Source of the DNA: Nemertoderma westbladi
Lineage: Eukaryota; Animalia; Xenacoelomorpha
NCBI GenBank assembly: GCA_032718475.1
Contig: JAUCBJ010004103.1
Coordinates: 1-47,994 of the forward strand
Reading direction: 5' to 3'
Length of the DNA stretch: 47,994 nt
The translations under genes were made by a program, and so were the position numbers. Below the pieces are notes generated by a model. The model made no database searches. It saw nothing but the letters and a program-made list of their open reading frames with translations, and was not told the DNA's origin. Of the stretch, positions 12,854-24,188 are shown piece by piece. The stretch's first letter is position 1. Every line of letters begins with the position of its first letter.

Positions 12854-13591
12854 AGATGTGGGACCCTTGATGGCCACCACATAGACTTACCGTATTTTAG
12901 TAATTTAGTATTTTGTATTACTGTATGTGCATTTGTAATCCTCTTCACTGTAGATAGAGACAGCGGTGGAATTCCATTGTCTTTATATGTGAACATGGAG
13001 GGTAGTACCCTTATGTATCACATAGGAGCGGGATTGTGTGTACAGTAGGAATATAATTCCACTTGGAACCCACAAGTGAGACAATTTTTCAAAATTATTA
13101 GACAAATCCATTTAGTTGGATTTAAATTTAAGAAAAATGATTCTCCAGTGAATGCGAATTCTAGAATACAACTAGATAAAAATTAAAATTTGGGAGGACA
13201 AGAGCGGATGGAAGGCTTGCGAGCCTACCGATAAATTTTTTTTGGAAAAGAAAACCGGCCTTGTTCTACGTAGTCGTGTCTACTATTATTTAGACCGAAT
13301 TAATTCTCGACTGCATTATTTTCTTTGGGAATGTAGTTTGGGAAATTAAAAGGTGAGTATTTTAGACTCGCGGCTAGTTTACCCGGAATTCGTTTTTTAT
13401 CGGCACAATTTTTTGGATTAGGAGCCAGTGCGAAATCACGCGAACCCGAAGTCATTAGGCAAATGGGTTGGGGTTTTAGAGCAAAGTTGAGCCAAAAGCC
13501 GACAAACTCTAAGTCACCTCACATCCAACCTCTATTTTGTGCTTCATCTAGTAGAAACGTAACGATATGTAACCATATATACGCGTATATA

Positions 13592-16500
13592 ATGGCGGAG
13601 AAGATTTATAAGGAGTTACGTCAGGGGTTTACGCAGGAACAGGAGCACCAGGCACCGTTTAATTGTTATGGAGCTAAAAACTTTAGTGTGTTTGGAGTGG
13701 AGAGTATGGCTAGGAGTACAGCCAAGCTTGCTAAATCCAAGGCGGACCCGAATGTTACGAAACAGCGATTAGACGCTTATAACAAAAGAGCGGAGGAATT
13801 ACGCGTGGAGTTCAATGTGTTGTATCCCTACGATGCATTATGCGATGCCAGTGACATTTGCGAGGATCCAGACACAGAGATACGCCGATTATATCATACG
13901 CTGCAATATTTGACGGTAAACGAACCCTTGCCTGCAGCTAGGGACAAATTCGATGGAATGCATCTTTATAGACGCGCTCGAGGAGCGGATCCAGAGACAA
14001 AGGACGCGTTCTCCATATACAAACTGTTTTACAAATGTGGAGCATGTATGTGCGAGCAAGACAACGCGATTCCTATGCGATTGAACTCGGAGAACCCCGA
14101 GCCGATATTAGCGCGATGCTCATACCACCAAAGTCTATGTTACCAAGAAGGCGGATACCCTTTGACGAATCCGTACCATTCGTTTAAGATGATTGGACCG
14201 AACGCGGGTGAGATCGTTATTGACGAACCCAAATTAGTCGAACCAGACGTCTACAGCATGGTAGTGGACGAGTCTAATAAGTCGACGCAAGAGAAACGGG
14301 AAGCTTTGAGCCTCTACAGGGCGTACAAGGCGTACGAGAAAGGCGAGATTGAGGAGTTCGGCGGAAGGCTCGCGAGCCTACCATTTTATTGGATATCCCA
14401 CGATCAAACCGAACCTAAGGAGATGACACCCGAGCTCTTCGATAGTATCACCTTTGCTCAGCGTTTGTCGCAGAGACTACAGATATCTCATGTCGAGATG
14501 ACGCGAGAACGTCAGCCCCATCCTACTAAAGCGATAGTACCGGTCGCGAGACCAACCAGCTTTCCTATTAGTATACCGACCTGAGAGGAGACAACTTATG
14601 AGATTCCTATAGTTGAACACCCGGAGATCATTTCGAACCTGGATTTCCTCCCATCGGTTACCTTTGGTGATGTGTTAGAGTCAGCCGAGTTGCGTAGAAC
14701 GATAGTTCAGAAAATCGTACGCAACGTGCCTCCACATATTACGGACTTTAAGGAAGTGGTTCGCGGGGGGACGGATATCGCACCTTGTATCTTGCGAGGA
14801 TATCTGACGAAAAATATGCGATTATGGATTGGAGTCGGAACGTTTGAGACCGACACCGATATTGCGACCAATTGGACTGGTAAACCTATTAGTTTCGATG
14901 ATGAAAAGTCCATAGGGAGAATTTGGAACCCTACCGACGATTTACTCGACGATTGGGACGTGACTAGCCGATCTCTGAAGGAGAATGGTTATATGTTTTA
15001 CGATAATGAAGGAGGAAGCCACCAGCAAAGCCTCACTTCGAAGAACATACAGATTCGAGCACCAGATGGTGTGTTACATGTCTTCAGCCGACAAAGGAGC
15101 GATAGAAAGATGCCTATGCCGGAAGGAACGACGCAAAGACACGCGATGATAAAACGGATAGTTAAATCCATGGACCTGGCTTGTAGCATAGAAGCTAGGA
15201 TGTTACCAAAGGCCGTACCAGACGTTGTGCTTGACAAGAGCATCGTCAAGATCGGATCCGGTGTACGGGATGACCTTATTAGCGATTTCGCAGGAATGCC
15301 CACGGAAGAGGATCGATTGCCTACGCCATACGTGGATACTAGACCATTGTTGCTTTGGGCTATTGAGCAAGGATATTTTAGGGAGTATAACACGCTAAAA
15401 ACTGGGACGGGTTATATCTCATACCTAATGTTCAGTTGGGATTATAAGGAGAGTAAGAGGAGCAAATACACGGACGTATATGGAGAGGGAGATACCCCTG
15501 GCGTAAACGAGTTCGAGTCACAGCTAAGTGGCGAGGTTGCGTGTACTGGGCGATTACTTCACCTCCACGAATAATCTTGCAATACTATTTGGCGATAGAA
15601 TCTTCGGTCAATGTTTGCTTCGTCGCCGATGTAGTGTCTAGGACTCTAAAGCGACATCCGTTATGTCTCGGTGAAGGACATACCTTTTACGACGGAGGAA
15701 GGACGCATACTGATGTATTCCGACGATTTCTCCAACCCTTTTATAATACCGATGCGCACTGCGAAGTTTTCACGCGAGCGGGACTTAGCATTTTCAGGGA
15801 CATCTATCTCACTCACGCGGGAAGCCTAGTCGACAGACCGTCGATGTTAATGTTAGTACCCTATGACGGGGAACGCCACGCGGAATTCAAAGGCCCGGAA
15901 GGATCCTGGAAGGCTCGCGAGCCTACCGCCCATCACGACGATGTGTATCCAACCGAGTTTGCGATAATAGACAAACCGTTGCGGCAACTCATAGAGATAG
16001 AGGAGAACCTTCCGAGGAAGACGCGAACTGAGATACGCGAGTTGGAGAAAAGCGATGCCATGGTTTGTGTACAACCTATGGAGACGAACTTACCGACTGA
16101 CCCGGATGTTGAGAATTATCACGTGGATGGTAGCGCTCGCCCCATCGGAGATCTTATCTATGAGCGAGTTTGGTACCCTGCCAACACTATTTGCGGCAGA
16201 TGCGGGGCAACTGGCCACCACGCAAAGAAATGCGGAGCGAAACACATATCTCTACCGGACTTAGTATGTAACTGGTGCGGGGATCAGCGTTCGCACACTT
16301 TCTACACTTGCTGGCGTTTCGTGGCGCAGTGCACGTATTGTAATATTAAAGGTCATAGGGCATCCGAATGTCAACTTAGGGACGTCCCCTATGAGCACAT
16401 ATCAGTTAAAATCGTTCGACAGCTATTCAACCATTGGGAGAATCTAGCAGATGAGCATGTATCGACGCAGCAACGCCATTTCCCTATGAGAGCACACTTG

Positions 16501-17346
16501 GGATTTTGGGCCGTAAACCCTCTCATAATGTCGAAGGAAGGATACGTGTCAGCTATGCCTCAATACGATAAACTCTTGGAGGTGCTGGATATATTGCCAC
16601 TGGATAGCGGATTTAAGGTTGTGCGGGATTACTTTCTACAGGTACACCCCGACAACAAGAACACTTGGAACTTTCATACTGTGGTGAACAAGATTACCGC
16701 CGGGGAATTCGAAAAATTGCGAGTCGAACAGCGGAATCGAGGAGCCTGGCATTCGATAGCTTGGGCATACAGGAGCGCATTTTATCACAAACGCGTAACC
16801 TCATGTATTCTAGACGAGACCGACGTTTTGCATGAGACTGGCTTCAAGGCCACGCCGTTAGCCGAAAAGACGCGTCACCCACAGGATGATCCGCAACTTC
16901 GTATACTTAGAGCCCAGAAGGCCGGACAAGAGATAAAGAAAGTAGTAAATGTCGCCGAGAGGACGACATCGAAGTCGCAAATCCAGATGACTCGGGGCAC
17001 GGTTTCCCTCACTAAAGAACCACGCGGAGGGACAGGATACGCTTTGCTGGAACCCATTAGGATTCAAACAACGTCAGAGAGCGAGGTGTCAGTGGACGGA
17101 ACAGTCCCACCCTTTCGACTTCCTCCCAGCGTTGTGGAGACTCGATCCGATGTTAAGCCAACAATTGGAATCGGACGAGGATTAAGAGGACTGAGCGCAC
17201 GACGGATGTGCGAAACTCCCGTCGTCCCCTTTCCTAGCGTTTTGGAACCACCGACAACTCGACACCGAAGTCCGAGTCCAGTTCGACCTCGACCACCCCC
17301 CAATCATACTAGAGGGCGTGGACGAGCCTGTTCGGCCAAGGAATAG
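13592..17346 (+). pseudogene. Accessory ORF3 (~1250 codons): N-terminal Cys-containing region, DEDDy/WRN-EXD-like 3'-5' exonuclease, three CCHC zinc knuckles, Pro/Arg-rich tail
   Basis: ORFs 13463-14584 and 14672-15574 are one frame broken by a single TGA, then a frameshift at ~15460-15540 joins 15541-17346. ExoI YDNE..IQIRAPDG; ExoII LPKAVPDVVLDKSIVKIGSGVRDDL; YVDTRPL; ExoIII-like QYYLAIE. Knuckles CGRCGATGHHAKKC, CNWCGDQRSHTFYTC, CTYCNIKGHRASEC. Confidence 0.75.
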
Positions 17347-17384
17347 GAGAGCGAGAAGAAAGGAAGGCTTGCGAGCCTACCGAT

Positions 17385-17482
17385 TGGATATTATATTCGG
17401 ATATTTTATTTGGATGTTTATATTTGATATTTATATTGGATATTTATATTTGGATATTATATTTGGGTATTTATATTGGACA
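17385..17482 (+). repeat. ~14-bp AT-rich tandem repeat (TGGATATTTATATT) in the 3' untranslated region
   Basis: About 7 degenerate units between the last hairpin and the 3' LTR. Confidence 0.75.
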
Positions 17483-17527
17483 TTGGTTTTGGAGGAGCGA
17501 GTCTTACTTACTGTTTTCATGGAGCGG

Positions 17528-19787
17528 TGATGGATTATTTCACTATAAGATAGCATTTGTAGTTTAACGTAAAAACTTTCTAAAATCCGACGCATTTTGA
17601 TTAAGTTACAGTAATGTAATATGCCTATTCATATTAGTACACATAAAACCCGTAGTTAATCTCATGGCGTAGTGGTCAGATGGTTAAGGCGTTGGTTGCA
17701 TTACAGATAGGTTACGAGTTCGAATCCCAGTCGGGAAATTTGCATTTTGGGGCAATTTATTTTCATTTGGTACAATTTGATAAACCAATGAGGTGCGTAC
17801 AACACATGGAACGATGAGTTGGGCCAATCATAGGGCATAGAACATCTTATTGCTCCAATGTGAGGCCATGGAATTCTCTGGAAGGTTCTAGCGGATTCTA
17901 TGTCCCAGATTTAGTATATAAAGGGCTGGTTTGCCTTCGGTTATCACTTGTCACCATTCACTACTCCTCTTCATTAGTTACTTGTTTCTTGTTGAAACTA
18001 TTTTGGTAAATCTGTTTGATAAGTTTTGTAAACTGTAAATATACTGTAAACTTCTGAACATGTATATTTCCAAACGTCCACCTTTGGGACAGCCAAGCAT
18101 TAGGAAGATGGCCGCCTAGACCGTTAGGCCGTCAGCAACGCGGGGAAATGATGTCCACAACACGCTAGCACCCACATTAGATTAGACCGCGCACCCCCTT
18201 TGCCCTACGAAATACTCCACCTTGCCATGCAGCGCCCAATTTCCGAGGAAGGTAAGACTTTGTTTGAACGAAATACTCCACCTTGCCATGCAGCGCCCAA
18301 TTTCCGAGGAAGGTAAGACTTTGTTTGATGCCCTTGCCCGACGTAAGACCTATAGATCAGGGTAAGCGTGACGCCGTTCTGGGACGCCGCAAAATTTAGG
18401 ATCAAATAACTATATTCTGACAGAGCCCCCCCCACCCCCCCCCCCCCCCCCCCGTCAGTATTGCAAATCCCTGGGTTAACCTGTATACCTCGCAGGTGCG
18501 AACTATTGCCGTCCGTCAGTACGCGAGTACATATTAGGTACAAACAGTATATGTTCCATAATTTAGTGATTCTCACCACTGACCGTTTGGTGCCGGTTCG
18601 CTTTGTAGAATATACATTAGTACCCCCCCCCTTGTCTGAACTTAGTTATTTGATCAGGCAAGGAGTATTTCTGCTACCGGCACACCGCTTGGCCTAGGGA
18701 GGTTTTATTAATATCCTACCGCGCCTTGCCACGTACTAATAGGAATTGCTGCTAACTACCGCAGCAACAAAGTTCTAGAATCAAATTTGTATACCAGATC
18801 AGCTAATGTACGGTAGCAATTAACCCCTATTTCTTATCTTACAACCAGAATCTGGTATTTGTGCCGATCATGGGTGTAGTTACTAACACCGTGGTTGCAA
18901 GGGTTGAGTTGTGGATGGGAAGGAGAGAGCTTTGACGTCATTTGTAAATATAAAGTTCTACAAAACGCGACTAGTTTATTTTAGTAGCTAGCGCACGGTA
19001 TTGTTTTGGTCAGAGAATTACTAAAACCTAGTAAAATGATATACACCAAAATTGTTTTATTGTAACACACCCACACACACACACACCCTAAAACATATTT
19101 ACCCTTAGAGTTCTACTAGATAGCGCACTTTAGATTACTTTAGGCAGAATATATATATCTTACTGTTGGTATTTGTAAATTTAGGATCTGATATTTAGTT
19201 ACGGCAAGAAGGAGTATTTATTTCGTTATTAAACTGTTGTTTGTCAGAGCAGCGGTATTGTTACATTAGGCACGACCCTCTTTAGACTGATTTAGCACGG
19301 GGATCAGTATTGTTACGCTAGGTCTGTTAACCCACTAGCTCGTATATAAACCATATAAATCACACCGCGGCAAGTTGCGGTATTTAGGACTGTCAGCGAT
19401 AGTTAGGATTCGCTGCGTGGGGATTGTTTTCCCATGAGTTTGGTCTGTTACTGTAACTGTACATCTGCCATACCGGTTAGAGGACAGGTTTCCTTTTGTC
19501 TAGTTCGTAGGCATTAGACCCGCTCACGTACATAGAATAGACACTAGGTTCTGCTCCTCGCCAGTAGTTGTTTGTGTATTGTATCTGTTTGTTTAGATAC
19601 CCTGGACTGGGATTTGTTGTCAGATACTGTACGAGCCCGTTTCAATACTAGATCTTACGGTAAGATACATCGTTACTAGGATCTGGTAAGCGGTATACTA
19701 CTGGACTTTACGGTTAGAGATATTCTATAGCTTCATATTAGTAGATTTGTAGGCCGTAGGATAGCCCCTACCATAGAGGACTTTACA
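17528..19787 (+). repeat. 3' LTR (~2.26 kb; possibly truncated at its 3' end)
   Basis: Direct repeat of 1724-4680 minus the MITE. It is preceded by a short purine run (GGAGCGG) and carries a private 61-bp tandem duplication (18207-18328). Confidence 0.88.
17660..17736 (+). promoter_or_regulatory. tRNA-like segment with Pol III A/B boxes in the 3' LTR
   Basis: TGGCGTAGTGGTCAGATGGTTAAGGCG...GAGTTCGAATCCCAGTCGGGA. Confidence 0.6.
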
Positions 19788-21619
19788 ATGAGGCCCATCA
19801 CCCATATCTACTCTGGCGCACATGACCCACCATTGGCTGTTGCAGCTCATCTGCTGGGTCATGCCCTGTACCCTTGCTGCCAGGTGCAGGTCGCAGTGAA
19901 GTGCACTTAGAGTGGACATGAGAACACTCTACTCCTGACCAGCCATTGGTAGATCACCATCTGCCTGGTCAGGCCATAAACCCCTGCAGCCAAGTATATG
20001 GGTTCTTAATCCAGGACCAAGGGCGTCCCTATCCCAGAACGAAGGGGGTCCTAGTTACAGGACCAGAGTTGCCCATTATATATAAATTATAGTTTATTGT
20101 AGTTTTCTAACCCCACCTCCCGTTCCATCTCAATCAGTAGTTTAGTGATTTAATCCACTAGAGCCTACTTAGTAAGATCAACTCGGCATTGAGCTGCTTA
20201 TAGCCTTATATCTGTTATACTATACTGTACGACATTCGCGCAGCGCGTGAGATAAGTTAATATTTTGTATCAACTCGAATGAATTGTAAGCAATTAAGCA
20301 GATTTCACCTATTGACTTTGCCCCCCTAACGGAAGACTGGGTAAATGCAGACGGTTTAAACCCTCACAAAATTCACATTGAGGTAGAAAAAATATATCCA
20401 GTACCAGTGTCAAATCAGCTCGATAATAATAAATAATCTTAAACAATAATATACGAAATGGCAGAAGGTTTCCATTTCAGACACTTCTCTGTAGCAGTAG
20501 ACTGGATAATTGCAGATGGCTTATCGGCCCCACAAATACACAGCTTATAGTTTAGAACAATATCTTTCAAGTTTCATCTATGGTACGGATACGGTAATAA
20601 ATAATGAAATGGGAAGTTTTTCTCTTTCAGACATTTCGCCCCCTACAGCAGATTTTACAAGTGTATATGGACATGTTCTCCACAAAGACACAAGTCCTCC
20701 AGTACATATCTGCCAAAGGTCAGCCATTGTAGATCAAGCTATAAACAACGAAATGGGAAATGGCTTCCTCTTTTAAGAGTTTCTCTCTCTAGGGGCTGGA
20801 AACTGCAGACCAATTACCGTCACCACAAAGACGCAGGCTGTGTTCGAGTACAACTCTACCAAGTTTCAGCTTGAACGGATTAAAGGCAAACAAATGGTAG
20901 ACATTTAATGTTTACACATGTAGCCTCTAGCGGGAGACTATGTTGAACTCATGGTGTCCGAAAGTTTCTAATAAACCTAAATTTTTGGCCGTATTTATGC
21001 CTACAAATTTTCAACTCGACAGCTTAAAATCCGACAAATTGAATAGCATGACAAAATAGTAACAACAACGACAACAAACTATTACTATTTTGCCATTATT
21101 GTCCCACGCCACCACCCCCCCCCCCCCCCCCCCCCCCCCTCCCACAGTATAGCGTCAGTTCGCTAAGGAGGCACCGCCATCTTCGTGGCCCGTCCCACAA
21201 TTCTGCAAATTTTAAACCACTCCCTAACCTTGTCAGTTCGCTAAGGCTTCGCGAACTTTGTGGCTCGCCCCTCGTTCAAGTGATGATAACACTTGTTTAA
21301 ACTGTTGTACTGTTGTACTGGGCGGTTTCGCTATTAGATTACCAGGACATTGATGTTAACAAACTGCTGTGCAATTGCGACATCTATCACCAGCTGTGTT
21401 TATTTAGATCAGCTGATTTGCTTTCATTGGTTTGTTTGTAAACATTACCGTGTAGGCTACCGTGTACGCCACCTACTTCTGTACCAGTACTTACCTCAGT
21501 ACCTAACACTGTAACACCTACGTCCCTCCATTCTGCCATTCCTGTTTCAGTGTTTCTCAGTTTGTTGACAGTCCTGCAGTCTGCAGTCTGAATGTCACAC
21601 CTGCAGACCTGCCACCTGC

Positions 21620-22988
21620 CAGTTAGGTACAATGGCCAAATCTGGCAATGATTGTGATTGCCATATTTGGCAACCAAGCAAAATCTGGAAACATTTCTGA
21701 TTGCCTGATTTGGCAACTATATAAAGCCGTTGTTGCCATATTTGGCAACTTAACTAACTCATTGAATATGGCTTATATGGTTCTGCGTCATTAAGTCCTT
21801 CTATGGCAGTATGGTCATTCCTTAGATCCTGAAATGTTAATGTTAGGCCTAGAAAAAAGGGATAGGGCCAGGTTACAGGTTATACTTATACCGGTAGTGG
21901 CATATTCTAAGTTCTAACCAATACAGCAATATATCCTAATAAAGGAGGTGAGAATGAGAGTCAATAACACAAACACAGACTGACTGGTGATAGTTTATTT
22001 TTGCTAGTAATCTCTGGCGCTGCTTGGGGAGGTGGTTGATTGTTGTTTGTACCAATAATAGTTTAGTAGTTAAAGATTATAACTGTGTAATGCTGATACA
22101 ATTGCCCAGCAATCTAAATCATCCTTCTACTCTTATATCAGTTCAGTATATCTATCTTTCCATTCCTACATCAGTACATAACATAACATTCAGACATAAA
22201 ATGAAAATAATTTCATCCCGTTTTCATTAGGCTGTTTAGGGCCTACTAGAAACAATTTGGTTGAATCCCTTAACACGCGTTTTGGTTTTCTCAGTCTTTC
22301 TAAATTTTGACACTATTTTTCTTCTGTCACGCCGTTTCTCAAACTTTAATGCCCCCTTGCCTTCTTGCTTCCTTTTGGTGATGTTCACGTTCTGACGTTG
22401 TCAAATATTATTACGTTTATTTCCATTTCAGCCTTTGAAGCATGTGATTCTTTAGTTTTGTGTATGCCTATACCATATACCAGTCTACCAGTACGGTATC
22501 TGTTACAGATCTTTTTGTCATCTTTCCATAACATATTAACAACATATCAAACAGTCAAATACATTCTGACATTTCATCAACTAATGTTTTGTTTATAAAT
22601 CATCACAACTCGACAAGGGTAAGCAAGAAGTAAGCAATTTTGAAGTAATTTACAATGACAGAGTTACTGACAGGGCTGCACAATGATAATTGTTGCCAAA
22701 AATGGCAACCATTAATTTTCTTTAATTCTAATGGTTGCCAAAAATGGCAATAATTATTTTAGGCACATTTCGGCCTATTGCTAAGAGAAATTCAGACGAT
22801 GATTTTTTTTCTTATACGGTCAATTATATTTAAATTTCGCGCTCTTTTCACTTACCTATTTACCAAAATGCGATTTTGCTTCTGGGCGTGCGAAAATTAG
22901 AAAAACCAAAAGTTGCCAGATTTGGCAATAAACATTGCCATATGTGGCAACTTTTGAGGTTGCCAGATTTGGCCATTGTACCTAACTG
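21620..22988. mobile_element. Non-autonomous DNA transposon, perfect 29-bp TIR, 5-bp TSD (hAT5-like?)
   Basis: CAGTTAGGTACAATGGCCAAATCTGGCAA with its exact reverse complement at 22960-22988, and CCTGC on both sides. Subterminal TTGCCA-N4-TGGCAA palindromes. Confidence 0.88.
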
Positions 22989-23470
22989 CCTGCACGATGC
23001 ATCTGATCATTCTGACTGTGATGCAGTTATTTTGGCAGACTGATGCCAGGATGAATCACATACCTGACTCGTGACTGCAGGACTGCCTGATCACCTGACA
23101 GCCTGATCACCCTGCTGCCCTGATCCAGTGATTTTACTGCTGTGAACGTTTGAGGATCTGTCAGTCTGTCTGTCTTGATATTTTCTGATTGTAAGGCCTA
23201 TTGTATGATTGTACAGCTTGACAGTTGTCCGGCGCTGGGTACCGGCTGACCGGTCAGCCGGTAGCAGGGTAGGCCTAACAGCCTAATGCTGTAATGCAGT
23301 CAGGAACACTAGTCACAATTTGCAATTTGTTCAATTTACAACCAGAATGTGCTGATCATGTTTGCGCGGAAAATGCTCTCAAATTGCAATTTTTCCATAG
23401 AAACCGACAGACCGATGCTAAATTTAATTTGAAAACCGGCCAGCCAGCCGGCCTGCCGGCAGTCTGGCAG

Positions 23471-23662
23471 GGGTGCTGGTCACCTCGCCGCACTGCCACT
23501 TCGCCGCAGGTCACCTCGCCGCAGATAATGTGCGGCGAGGTGTCTTGCATCTTGCGGCGAGTGGCGAGGTGTCTCACTGCAAATGCCATTTCACCGACAA
23601 TTATCGGACACCTCGCCGCAAATGGAATAATGTTAACTGGAAAAGCCACGATCTAAGCACCC
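23471..23662. mobile_element. Small foldback-type MITE built from CACCTCGCCGCA motifs
   Basis: GGGTGCT...AGCACCC ends; direct and inverted copies of CACCTCGCCGCA; no clear TSD. Confidence 0.5.
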
Positions 23663-23774
23663 GTACGTTTTTTTAGCGTTTCAGTGCCCCGCAAACCGGA
23701 AATTCCCACTGCATTATTTCCTAAAACGTGAATTACAGCCAAGATGTGTCCGGCTTCTGCTTTGAGGACTACTG

Positions 23775-24188
23775 CAGTTAGGAACACTGGTCACTTTCTG
23801 GCTGAAGCTCAGCCAAAAATTGTCCACATATTTACAGCCAGAAAGTGTCCGTGCAGCCACTATTTGTCCTTCACAGGCTGCAATTATATTTCCGGACATA
23901 TTTTGGCTGTAACTCGACTAGTACTCAAAGCAGAAGCTGAGCACATTTTTATTTTTAATATTATGATAGTTATCCCAACGATGAGATTCTAATTCTCAAA
24001 TTAATTTATACAGAATTTTATGGCGATTCTAATGGCATAATTTTTAGAATGCCAATGTTAAAATTTCACTGCCGGTTTTCAAATGAAATTTAGCATTGTT
24101 TTCTATGGAGAAATTTCACTCTGAGAGCGTTTTCCGCGGACACATTCTGGCTGTAAATTGGACATATTGTGACCAGTGTTCCTGACTG
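23775..24188. mobile_element. MITE of the same family as 23297-24409, inverted and nested inside it; 5-bp TSD
   Basis: TIR CAGTTAGGAACACTGGTCAC / GTGACCAGTGTTCCTGACTG (1 mismatch), with TACTG on both sides. Confidence 0.8.

Larger units (their letters stand above)
5895..17381 (+). repeat. Dispersed 20-nt hairpin GGAAGGCTYGCGAGCCTACC, 9 copies
   Basis: Copies start at 5895, 5988, 8527, 8605, 8683, 13210, 14363, 15908 and 17362, all on the same strand. Confidence 0.95.
1724..19787 (+). mobile_element. BEL/Pao LTR retrotransposon, decayed, with an extra ORF3
   Basis: Long direct repeats start with TG at 1724 and 17528. The internal domain order is gag-PR-RT-RNaseH-IN with BEL/Pao motifs. No matching TSD was found (TAAGC left vs ATGAG right), so the right end is uncertain. 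Confidence 0.93.

Noticed and set aside
13592-17346. env gene
   Set aside because: No visible signal peptide, transmembrane helix or fusion-protein pattern; exonuclease and knuckle motifs are present instead.
5895-17381. Hairpins acting as SECIS or readthrough signals for the TGA codons
   Set aside because: No SECIS core, no consistent distance to the stops, and genuine frameshifts show decay; CpG deamination is simpler.
23240-23263. Perfect 24-bp palindrome TACCGGCTGACCGGTCAGCCGGTA
   Set aside because: Single copy; ACCGGT/AGGCCT/CAGTACTG micro-palindromes are common throughout this window, so no function can be supported.
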